From: Verrucomicrobiia bacterium
GTDB taxonomy: Bacteria > Verrucomicrobiota > Verrucomicrobiia > Limisphaerales > UBA11358
Length of the DNA: 62,984 nt
Assembly (NCBI GenBank): GCA_035652955.1
Contig: DASRCU010000206.1
Coordinates: 1 to 62,984 of the forward strand
Direction: 5' to 3'
The stretch's first letter is position 1, and each line of letters opens with the position of its first letter. Below, in pieces: positions 55,474 through 62,984 of this stretch. The position numbers were made by a program, and so were the translations under genes. Below the pieces are notes generated by a model. The model was not told the origin of the DNA and searched no databases. It saw only the letters and a program-made list of their open reading frames with translations.

Positions 55474-56592
55474 ATGAAACAAATGATCGGCCTTGGCCTG
55501 CTGCTGTTCGCCGCGACCGGTGTGTTGCCCGGCGCCGTGACCGGTTTCACTCCCTTTGCGCCGGAAGGGGACACGTTTATTCACGACCCCTCCACCATCG
55601 TCCAGGACGGCGCGTGCTATTACGTTTTTGGCACCGGACCGGGCATCCGCTCCAAGTCGTCGTCCGATTTGCGGCACTGGACGAACGGTCCGGCGGTGTT
55701 TCGCCCCCTGCCGGCGTGGACTTTCCGGACGGTGCCCGGCTTTCGCGGTTATTGCTGGGCGCCGGACGTCCTCCGCGTGGGCAGAAAATTTCTGCTTTAC
55801 TACGCCGTCTCCACCTGGGGCAAACAAGTTTCCGCCATCGGCCTGGCCACCAATCCCACGCTCGACCCTTCGGCCAAAAATTATCATTGGACGGATTGCG
55901 GGCCGGTGCTCGTTTCGACCAACGGCAGCCCCTTCAACGCGATTGATCCCAGCGTGTTTCAGGACGACGACGGCACCTTGTGGCTGGCCTTCGGCTCTTA
56001 TTGGCGCGGGATTTATCTCACGGAGCTGAATCCTCAGACCGGCCAGCGCCTGACCGCCGATTCGCCCCTGTATCCGCTGGCGTGGAATGATTCCATTGAA
56101 GCCGCCTGCCTGACGCGGCACGGAAAATACTATTACCTGTTTGTCAACTGGGGCCAATGCTGCCGGGGCACCAACAGCACCTACGAAATTCGCGTGGGCC
56201 GCGCCGAAAAAATCACCGGACCGTATCTGGATCGCGATGGTAAAAATATGCTTGACGGCGGCGGCACGCCGTTTTTGCAGAGCCACGGGCGATTCATCGG
56301 CCCCGGTCACCTCGGCATCATTCACGGCCATACGCCTGACGGCGCCACGTGGTTCAGTTTTCATTATTACGACGCCGACACGGCCGGCCGGCCGCGGCTG
56401 GCGCTGGGGCGGATAGACTGGTCGAGCGGCTGGCCAGTGCCCGTGAACGCCGGAATCAGTTCCGCCGGCGCAGCGACGAACAACCGGCGGCTGGTCCGCC
56501 CGGACGAATTCAACGTCAACGGCCCGTCGAACCCGGCCCACCGGACTCTCGAGGACGGCTTTACGCCCAACCAGGAGCGGGAGCGGCATTAG
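55474..56592 (+). CDS. Secreted GH43-family glycoside hydrolase (endo-arabinanase-like)
   Basis: Signal peptide MKQMIGLGLLLFAATGVLPGA. HDPSTIVQDGACYYVFGTG, WAPDV...YYAVS, AIDPSVF.DDDGTLWLAFGSYW and IEAA...HGKYYYLFVNWG fit the five-bladed propeller of GH43. I trimmed to the ATG at 55474. Confidence 0.88.
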   Translation: MKQMIGLGLLLFAATGVLPGAVTGFTPFAPEGDTFIHDPSTIVQDGACYYVFGTGPGIRSKSSSDLRHWTNGPAVFRPLPAWTFRTVPGFRGYCWAPDVLRVGRKFLLYYAVSTWGKQVSAIGLATNPTLDPSAKNYHWTDCGPVLVSTNGSPFNAIDPSVFQDDDGTLWLAFGSYWRGIYLTELNPQTGQRLTADSPLYPLAWNDSIEAACLTRHGKYYYLFVNWGQCCRGTNSTYEIRVGRAEKITGPYLDRDGKNMLDGGGTPFLQSHGRFIGPGHLGIIHGHTPDGATWFSFHYYDADTAGRPRLALGRIDWSSGWPVPVNAGISSAGAATNNRRLVRPDEFNVNGPSNPAHRTLEDGFTPNQERERH

Positions 56593-56679
56593 CCGCAAAA
56601 GGGGGCGCTCTTCGCGGCGCGAAACGCTCCCATCCCCTGCGCGCTTTCCTTTTGGCAGGGCCGGATTATTCTCCGCGCC

Positions 56680-57990
56680 GTGCTGACGACATTGCGGAAG
56701 GCCGAGTACGCCGAGCTGATGGTTCTGTTTTTCATCCAGGCGGCGGCGATGGCCGTCTGGTTTGTGCCGCTGGGGCCGATTCTGGAAGCGCATCGTCTGG
56801 GCGCCATTCAACCGTTTGCCTTCGCGGCCACCGCCGTGGCTGCCTTCGTCTCGCCGCTGTTGTTCGGCGCGATGGCCGACCGGCATACGCCGCCGGCGAC
56901 GGTGCTGCGCGGGCTGGCCTGGTCCACGGCGGTGATGATGGTGCTCATTGCCACGGCGATGCAGCGCGCCTGGAACCCCTGGCTGATTCTGGCCTTGATC
57001 CAGGTTTTTTCACTGACCTACGCGCCGATGTTCAGCATTTCCACGGCGCTGGTCTTCGCGCGACTGGCGGACGCCCGGCAGGAATTCGGCCCGATTCGCT
57101 CGCTGGCCACCGCCGGTTGGATGGCCGGCGCGATGCTCGTGAGCCTGTTGAATCTGGATCGTTCGGCGCTGGACATTTATTTCGGCGCCGCGTTGTGGCT
57201 GTTGGTGGGCGCCTTCACATTCTTTCTGCCGCCGCTGGAAATTCCCGCCGCCGCCGGACATCTCTCGTGGCGCGAACGGTTCGGTTTGGACGCGTTGACG
57301 CTGCTCAAGCACCGCGATACGCGCGTGGTTTTTATCACCACCACACTGTTTAACATTCCGCTCTGCGCCTTTTTTCCCTACGCGCCGGTGCAACTGCACG
57401 ACCTGGGTTTTGTGCACACCAGTGCATGGATGAGCCTGGCGCAATCCAGCGAACTGGTGGCCATGTTCGGCCTGGCGACGCTGCTGTCGCGCTGGCGGTT
57501 GAAATGGATTTTCACCTGCGGGCTGGCTTTTGGCGTGGCCCGGTTTACCTTGAGCGCGTGGAACACGCCGGTCTCGCACCTGCTGGGCATTTCTCTGCAC
57601 GGCGCTTCGTTTGTGCTGGTCTTCATCACCGCTCAGATTTATCTGGCCCAGCGAATTGATCCGGCGTGGCGGACGCGCGCCCAGGCGCTGCTGACGCTGA
57701 TGAACAGTGGCGTGGGCAATCTCCTCGGTTACCTGGGCACAGGCTGGTGGTTCGCGGCCTGCACCGGGCCGGGAGGCGAGGCGTGGCCACGGTTCTGGGG
57801 CGGCCTGGCGGCGGCCGTGGCGGCAGTGATGTTTTATTTTTTGACTTACCGCGGACGCGGCGGTGGCAAAGCAAGACCCTTGGAAATGCCCGCCGCGCCG
57901 GCTTCTGCCAACCTTGACAAAACTCCGTTGCCCCGGGAGACGAGAACCGCCCTTTCTGAAAACGCCAGCCCCGGCGGCCTTTCGCCGTAA
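56680..57990 (+). CDS. MFS transporter (nucleoside:H+ symporter-like subfamily)
   Basis: 12 predicted hydrophobic segments. The N-terminal pattern ...FFIQAAAMAVWFVPLGPIL...FGAMADR resembles the Nuc_H_symport/MFS type. It starts with GTG. Confidence 0.8.
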   Translation: MLTTLRKAEYAELMVLFFIQAAAMAVWFVPLGPILEAHRLGAIQPFAFAATAVAAFVSPLLFGAMADRHTPPATVLRGLAWSTAVMMVLIATAMQRAWNPWLILALIQVFSLTYAPMFSISTALVFARLADARQEFGPIRSLATAGWMAGAMLVSLLNLDRSALDIYFGAALWLLVGAFTFFLPPLEIPAAAGHLSWRERFGLDALTLLKHRDTRVVFITTTLFNIPLCAFFPYAPVQLHDLGFVHTSAWMSLAQSSELVAMFGLATLLSRWRLKWIFTCGLAFGVARFTLSAWNTPVSHLLGISLHGASFVLVFITAQIYLAQRIDPAWRTRAQALLTLMNSGVGNLLGYLGTGWWFAACTGPGGEAWPRFWGGLAAAVAAVMFYFLTYRGRGGGKARPLEMPAAPASANLDKTPLPRETRTALSENASPGGLSP

Positions 57991-58069
57991 TTTATTTTCT
58001 GCGCCGCCTGCTGCGGATGGCGTCCTCCGACCTTCCGGTTTTCAGCGATCTGGAACCGTTGGCGCCTTT

Positions 58070-58363
58070 TCAGGCGGCGATGGATTTCTCCTGCTCGCTG
58101 TGGGGCAGCGGTTCGACGTTGTGAGGTTGGATGTCCGGGCCGGGATGCGAACGGCCGGCGTGTTGCTCCGCATCAAACGCCGCCACTTCCCGATCCAGCA
58201 TCCAACAAATCAAAAATAAGCCGTAAAAAATGGCGGCCAGGGGGAACGTCAGATAAAGACCAGGTACCCGGCTCGCGTCCACGACGCCGCTCAAAAACAA
58301 TGCCGCTGCCGCCGTGTTCAGGATCAGCAGAGCCAACATGGTTTTTGTCAGACGACTCATCAT
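58070..58363 (-). CDS. Small two-TM membrane protein, hypothetical
   Basis: MMSRLTKTMLALLILNTAAAALFLSG...LYLTFPLAAIFYGLFLICWML gives two clear hydrophobic helices. I trimmed track ORF 58070..58549 to the ATG pair at 58363/58360. Confidence 0.4.
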   Translation of the reverse strand: MMSRLTKTMLALLILNTAAAALFLSGVVDASRVPGLYLTFPLAAIFYGLFLICWMLDREVAAFDAEQHAGRSHPGPDIQPHNVEPLPHSEQEKSIAA

Positions 58364-58550
58364 ACACACCTCGAGTATTCGACCGGTTTGAGCCGCGGAG
58401 GCGTTCAAATTGAACGGCGACCGCTGCGGTCCGGCCGGTTGCCTCCGGTTTCCCGACGACCAAAGGCCAGTCACTGAAACGCCTCTGAATGCGCCCATTT
58501 CCGGGGGCGTGTTTGACAAATGGCGCCGGAAATGATTTACTTCCGACATT

Positions 58551-58705
58551 GCCGCCTAAATCCGGCTTCCTTCCTGAGGCCGGATGCGGGGGAACCAATT
58601 CCGCGGTGTGAGCCGCGGTGGGGCGAAAGAAACCGTTGCCGGTTTCCAGGCCACTTTCAAGGCCCAGCCCGTCAGCTAACCCCGTCGGCGTTTGGAAGGG
58701 CGGGC
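58551..58705 (+). promoter_or_regulatory. c-di-AMP riboswitch (ydaO/kimA class) in the kdp leader
   Basis: Conserved blocks are readable in the expected order: closing stem GCCGCC...GGGCGGGC, CCUAAAUCC, GCGGGGGAACCA (58586..58597), GGUGGGGCGAAAG, and CCCGUCAGCUAACCCCGUCGGCG (58668..58690). From memory, B. subtilis ydaO has GAGCGGGGGACCCA and CCGUCAGCUAACCUCGUAAGCG. Confidence 0.75.
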
Positions 58706-58798
58706 TTCAAATCGCCAATGCGATGTTCGAGTTCACCCACGAATCGAGACGGCGGTTACCGCGCGGCGCCGTGGCCGCGCCGCTGTCGCTGAGACGTT

Positions 58799-58882
58799 AT
58801 GTCCGATGTCATCTACCTGGCGTTGATGATTTTTATTTTTGCCGCGTTCATGCTGTATGTTCGCGGGTGCGAAAAACTTTGA
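58799..58882 (+). CDS. 27-codon hydrophobic micro-ORF, KdpF-like paralogue or leader peptide
   Basis: Not in the ORF track. ATG at 58799 to TGA at 58880: MSDVIYLALMIFIFAAFMLYVRGCEKL. It has the same length as kdpF and the same ..EK(L/F) end. Confidence 0.4.
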   Translation: MSDVIYLALMIFIFAAFMLYVRGCEKL

Positions 58883-58963
58883 GCGAGCCGGCCACCAGGA
58901 AACGCGCCAACCGGCCGAAACCAGAAATCCGTTTTCGCGGCCGGCGAGATTGAAAATTCTGCC

Positions 58964-59047
58964 ATGGAAAATGTCGTTCTGGAAATCCTCTCCGTCGCGT
59001 TGTGCGGCTATCTGATTTGGGCGATGCTCAAACCGGAAAAATTTTGA
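58964..59047 (+). CDS. kdpF: K+-transporting ATPase subunit F
   Basis: Not in the ORF track. MENVVLEILSVALCGYLIWAMLKPEKF has one TM helix ending in the KdpF consensus YL..A(L/M)L.PE.F. It lies upstream of kdpA. Confidence 0.75.
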   Translation: MENVVLEILSVALCGYLIWAMLKPEKF

Positions 59048-59209
59048 TGCCGCGCATGGACAGGGAATTTTTATCCACACCGCTTTTCAAAGTGGTGGCG
59101 GCCGGCGCCAAGCCGCATCCCGGCAGCTCCAGTTTTTCTTCGCCCGCTCCGGCGGTGAAAGCGATGGAAGTAGGGGCGAGTGGGTCGTCGCCTGCCTGAC
59201 CGGGTTTTT

Positions 59210-60925
59210 ATGAACGCCCATTCCTGGATTGAACTGGCGGTATTTGTCGCGGTGCTGGCGCTGTTGACCAAACCGCTGGGGCTGCATCTGCACCGGGTGC
59301 TCGACGCCAACGGCAAAACGTGTCTGGACATCCTGCTTCGTCCTTTGGAAAGACTGACCTATCGCGTTTTGCGGATTGATCCGGCGCAGGAACACGATTG
59401 GAAGCAATACGCCTTTGCGCTGCTGGAATTCAGTCTGATCGGTTGCCTGTTCACCTACGCGATCCTGCGGCTGCAGGAATATCTGCCGCTCAATCCCCGG
59501 CGGTTTCCCGGTCTGCCGCCGGCCCTGGCGTTCAACACCGCCGTCAGTTTTACCACCAACACCGACTGGCAAAGCTACAGCGGCGAATCCACCCTGTCCT
59601 GCTTCTCGCAGATGGTCGCTCTCACCAGTCAGAACTTTTTCTCTGCCGCGGCCGGTATCGCCGTGGCTGCCGCCCTGGTGCGCGGCATCGCGCGGCGCTC
59701 GGCTGCCACGGTGGGAAACTTCTGGGTGGATGTCACGCGCATCACGTATTATCTGTTGCTGCCGGTCAGCCTCGTTTTCGCGATTTTTCTGGTTTCCCAG
59801 GGCGTGATTGACAATTTCCGGCCGTACACCGTGGCTCAAACGATTGACGGTGCGGCCACCCAGATCATCGCGCAAGGTCCGATGGCCTCACAAGTTGCCA
59901 TCAAATTGCTCGGCACCAACGGCGGCGGTTACACCAACGCCAACGCCGCCCACCCGTTTGAGAACCCGACGCCGTTCTCGAATTTCTTCCAAATGCTCGC
60001 GATTCTCGCCATCAGCAGCGGCCTGACTTATCACCTGGGCCGCGAAACCAAAAATCACCGACACGGCTGGGCCATCTGGTCGGCCATGCTGGCGATGTTT
60101 CTCTGCGGCGTGCTCGTCTGCGCGTGGGCGGAAGCCAAAGGCAATCCGATTCACCAGCGTCTGGGCGTGGCCGCCACGGACGGTAACATGGAAGGCAAGG
60201 AGGTTCGCTTCGGCATTTTCGATTCTGCGCTGTTCGCCACGGTGACGACCGACGCCTCCTGCGGCGCGGTCAATTCCCTGCACGATTCCTTCACGCCGCT
60301 GGGCGGACTGGTGCCGCTGTTTAATATGCAGACCGGTGAGGTGATCTTCGGCGGCGTCGGCGCCGGACTTTACGGCATGCTGATTTTCGTCGTTCTGGCC
60401 GTGTTCATTGCCGGGCTGATGGTTGGGCGCACGCCGGAATATCTTGGCAAAAAAATCGAAGCCTACGACGTGAAAATGGCGCTGCTGGCCTTTGTCATCG
60501 TGGCCTTTTCCATCCTGGGCTTCACCGCCTGCGCCTGCGTCAGCAGACAGGCCGTCTCCAGCCTGGGCAACGCCGGCCCGCACGGTCTGAGCGAAATGCT
60601 TTACGCCTTCAGTTCCGGCGCGGGCAACAACGGCAGCGCCTTTGCCGGTCTGAACGCAAACAACGCCTGGTGGAACACGATGCTCGGTCTGGACATGCTG
60701 CTGGGCCGGTTTGGCATGATGGTGCCGTTGCTGGCGCTGGCCGGTTCGCTCGCCCGGAAAAAAACTGTGCCGGCGGGCGCCGGGACTTTTCCCGTGAGTG
60801 GATTGACGTTTGTTATTTTGCTGGTGGGGACGGTGGTGCTCGTCGGTGCGCTGACGTTTTTGCCTGCGCTGGCCCTGGGCCCCGTCGTGGAGCATTTCCT
60901 GATGCAGCAGGGAAGCCTGTATTGA
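59210..60925 (+). CDS. kdpA: K+-transporting ATPase subunit A
   Basis: [24 protein letters not shown]... and selectivity-filter-like repeats ([22 protein letters not shown]) match KdpA. I trimmed to the ATG at 59210. Confidence 0.95.
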   Translation: MNAHSWIELAVFVAVLALLTKPLGLHLHRVLDANGKTCLDILLRPLERLTYRVLRIDPAQEHDWKQYAFALLEFSLIGCLFTYAILRLQEYLPLNPRRFPGLPPALAFNTAVSFTTNTDWQSYSGESTLSCFSQMVALTSQNFFSAAAGIAVAAALVRGIARRSAATVGNFWVDVTRITYYLLLPVSLVFAIFLVSQGVIDNFRPYTVAQTIDGAATQIIAQGPMASQVAIKLLGTNGGGYTNANAAHPFENPTPFSNFFQMLAILAISSGLTYHLGRETKNHRHGWAIWSAMLAMFLCGVLVCAWAEAKGNPIHQRLGVAATDGNMEGKEVRFGIFDSALFATVTTDASCGAVNSLHDSFTPLGGLVPLFNMQTGEVIFGGVGAGLYGMLIFVVLAVFIAGLMVGRTPEYLGKKIEAYDVKMALLAFVIVAFSILGFTACACVSRQAVSSLGNAGPHGLSEMLYAFSSGAGNNGSAFAGLNANNAWWNTMLGLDMLLGRFGMMVPLLALAGSLARKKTVPAGAGTFPVSGLTFVILLVGTVVLVGALTFLPALALGPVVEHFLMQQGSLY

Positions 60926-60926
60926 T

Positions 60927-62942
60927 ATGACCCACAAGCCTGTTTCCATTTTTGACCGGAGCATTCTGTGGCCGGCCGCCGGCCAGGCGTTTCTCAAATT
61001 GAATCCGCGCCATCTGATCCGGAATCCCGTCATGTTTGTCACCTTCGCGGGCGCGATCTTCAGCACAGTGGAGATTTTCCGATCGCCCGGCCGGGTCTTG
61101 TTCGTCGTGCAGATCGCCCTCTGGCTCTGGTTCACGGTTTTGTTTGCCAACTTTGCCGAAGCGGTCGCCGAGGGCCGGGGCAAGGCTCAAGCCCGTTCGT
61201 TGCGTGCCACGCGCACCCGCACCAGCGCCAACAGGATTGGGGAGGATGGAAAAATGGAAACGGTGGACGCCGCGTCGCTGCGCAGAGGCGACGTGGTGCT
61301 GGTGCGCGCCAACGAAGTCATCCCCGCCGACGGCGAAATCATCGCCGGCGCGGCGACGGTGGATGAATCAGCCATCACCGGCGAATCGGCGCCGGTCATC
61401 CGCGAAGCCGGCGGCGACCGCAGCGCCGTGACCGGCGGCACCCGCGTGCTCTCGGACGAAATCCGGGTCCGCATTACCGCCAATCCCGGCGAAGGTTTTC
61501 TGGACCGCATGATTGCGCTGGTGGAAGGCGCCCGCCGCCAGAAAACACCCAACGAAATTGCGCTGACCATCCTGCTCTCGGCGCTGACGGCGGTTTTTCT
61601 GCTGGCGGTGGTGACCTTGAAACCGCTGGGCCTTTATTCCGGCGTGAATTTTGCCGATCCGGTTTTAATGGCGCTGCTGGTTTGTCTGATCCCGACGACC
61701 ATCGGCGGTTTGTTGAGCGCCATCGGCATCGCCGGCATGGACCGGCTCTTGCAAAAAAATGTTCTGGCCCTGAGCGGGCGCGCTGTCGAAGCCGCGGGTG
61801 ACGTGGACGTGCTGCTTTTGGACAAAACCGGCACCATTACCCTGGGCAACCGCCAGGCCACCGCGTTCTGGCCCGCGCCCGGCGTGAATGAAAAAGAACT
61901 GGCCGACGCCGCTCAATTGGCGTCGCTCGCCGACGAAACCCCCGAAGGCCGCAGCATCGTGGTGCTCGCCAAAAATTTCGGCATCCGCGCGCGCACCATT
62001 CACGAACTGCCCGCCGCGCAGTTTGTTCCCTTCACCGCCCAGACGCGCATGAGCGGCGTGGACCTGGCGGACAAACACATCCGCAAAGGCGCGGCCGAAT
62101 CCATCCGCCGGTTCGTCGGCGGAACCCTGCCGCCGGAAGTGGAAAAAATGGTCGAAACCGTTTCCCTGGCCGGCGGCACGCCGCTGGTGGTGGCGGAAAA
62201 CCAGCGCGTGCTGGGCGTCGTTCAGTTGAAGGACATCGTCAAAGGGGGATTGCCCGACCGCTTCCAGCGTTTTCGCGCCATGGGCGTGCGGACGGTCATG
62301 ATTACCGGCGACAATCAACTGACCGCCGCGGCCATCGCCAGGGAAGCCGGCGTGGACGATTTTCTTGCCGAGGCCAAACCCGAAGACAAACTCGCCCTCA
62401 TCCGCCGCGAACAGGAAGGCGGCCGACTCGTGGCCATGATCGGTGACGGCACCAACGACGCACCCGCCCTCGCTCAAGCCGACGTGGGCGTGGCCATGAA
62501 CACCGGCACACAAGCAGCCAAAGAAGCCGGCAACATGGTGGACCTCGACAGCAATCCGACGAAGCTGCTGGAAATTATCGAGATTGGAAAACAACTGTTG
62601 ATCACGCGCGGCGCGCTGACCACCTTCAGCCTCGCCAACGACATCGGGAAATACTTCGCCATCCTTCCCGCCATGCTCACGGTCCCGTTCCCGGTTATCG
62701 CTCCGCTGAACATCATGCGCCTGCACAGTCCCGACAGCGCGATCCTCAGTGCCGTGATCTTCAACGCGCTCATAATCATCGCGCTGATTCCCCTGGCTCT
62801 GCGCGGCGTGCAATTTCGTCCCCTCGGCGCGACCCAGATTTTGCGCCGCAATCTGCTCATTTACGGCCTGGGCGGCCTGCTGGCGCCCTTCGTGGGCATC
62901 AAAATCATTGACCTCCTGGTCACCCGTCTGCACCTGGCGTGA
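60927..62942 (+). CDS. kdpB: K+-transporting ATPase subunit B (P-type ATPase)
   Basis: [15 protein letters not shown] (phosphorylation site), MITGDN and [16 protein letters not shown] are P-type ATPase signatures, and the KdpB N-terminus is ...[14 protein letters not shown]. It starts 2 nt after the kdpA stop. Confidence 0.97.
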   Translation: MTHKPVSIFDRSILWPAAGQAFLKLNPRHLIRNPVMFVTFAGAIFSTVEIFRSPGRVLFVVQIALWLWFTVLFANFAEAVAEGRGKAQARSLRATRTRTSANRIGEDGKMETVDAASLRRGDVVLVRANEVIPADGEIIAGAATVDESAITGESAPVIREAGGDRSAVTGGTRVLSDEIRVRITANPGEGFLDRMIALVEGARRQKTPNEIALTILLSALTAVFLLAVVTLKPLGLYSGVNFADPVLMALLVCLIPTTIGGLLSAIGIAGMDRLLQKNVLALSGRAVEAAGDVDVLLLDKTGTITLGNRQATAFWPAPGVNEKELADAAQLASLADETPEGRSIVVLAKNFGIRARTIHELPAAQFVPFTAQTRMSGVDLADKHIRKGAAESIRRFVGGTLPPEVEKMVETVSLAGGTPLVVAENQRVLGVVQLKDIVKGGLPDRFQRFRAMGVRTVMITGDNQLTAAAIAREAGVDDFLAEAKPEDKLALIRREQEGGRLVAMIGDGTNDAPALAQADVGVAMNTGTQAAKEAGNMVDLDSNPTKLLEIIEIGKQLLITRGALTTFSLANDIGKYFAILPAMLTVPFPVIAPLNIMRLHSPDSAILSAVIFNALIIIALIPLALRGVQFRPLGATQILRRNLLIYGLGGLLAPFVGIKIIDLLVTRLHLA

Positions 62943-62944
62943 AA

Positions 62945-62984
62945 ATGAAAACCCTCTGGACCGAACTGGGCCGCGCGCTCGCGG
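62945..62984 (+). CDS. kdpC: K+-transporting ATPase subunit C, 5' end only (runs off window)
   Basis: The ATG at 62945 lies 2 nt after the kdpB stop and translates to MKTLWTELGRALA.... The call rests on position in the operon and is too short for motif support. Confidence 0.55.
   Translation, partial: MKTLWTELGRALA

Noticed and set aside
55333-56886. 517-aa minus-strand ORF.
   Set aside because: It is antisense to the GH43 gene and the start of the MFS gene. The sequence is R/G/A-rich.
59087-62933. Minus-strand ORFs 59087..59875, 59888..61183 and 61665..62933.
   Set aside because: They are antisense to kdpA and kdpB.
1-62984. Scan for CRISPR arrays, rRNA genes and long dispersed or tandem repeats.
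   Set aside because: No regularly spaced direct repeats or rRNA-like sequence were seen by eye. The only repeats found are those listed: the tRNA-Cys 3' copy, the IS TIRs, the hairpins and the 21-nt coding tandem.

Overview
This is a 62,984-bp window of a high-GC bacterial chromosome. The lineage is inferred to be Verrucomicrobiota/Planctomycetota-like, based on a DUF1559 'H-X9-DG' pseudopilin, an Ig-like repeat exoprotein, many polysaccharide-degrading genes and a Rho with a long disordered N-terminus. Clear housekeeping genes (guaA, queE, trpB, rho, pabBC, pheT, kdpFABC and others) alternate with visibly lower-GC accessory blocks. Main content: (i) At the left edge, a low-GC pair runs off the window: a MauE/DoxX-type 'CGC' membrane domain fusion plus a coupled Cys-patterned secreted peptide. 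(ii) A ~14-kb nitrate-assimilation island spans 9.25-23.5 kb: mobA, a MOSC remnant, nasA, a fused 4Fe-4S/DmsC membrane-anchor gene, a 67-aa ORF, a porin, nrtDCBA, an FNT channel, a deleted NasS-like gene and a LysR pseudogene. The island is bracketed by a tRNA-Cys gene and an 18/20-nt direct copy of that tRNA's 3' end. It also carries a second, structurally aberrant tRNA-Cys, and an integrase/IS graveyard lies next to it. (iii) Two SGNH esterase genes. (iv) A lower-GC accessory block (29.1-43.4 kb) is flanked by dead IS elements. It carries an AraC-controlled operon encoding a large orphan glycoside-hydrolase-like exoprotein, an SSS transporter and a complete oxidative non-phosphorylative sugar-acid route (SDR, lactonase, enolase-superfamily dehydratase, RraA-type aldolase). 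(v) At the right edge, a kdpFABC operon is preceded by a sequence that closely matches the ydaO/kimA-class c-di-AMP riboswitch and by two tandem 27-codon KdpF-like micro-ORFs absent from the ORF track. All seven mobile-element genes in the window are fragments or pseudogenes. Many long ORFs in the track are antisense artefacts of the high GC content and were rejected. All homology statements come from reading motifs by eye and need HMM/BLAST confirmation.
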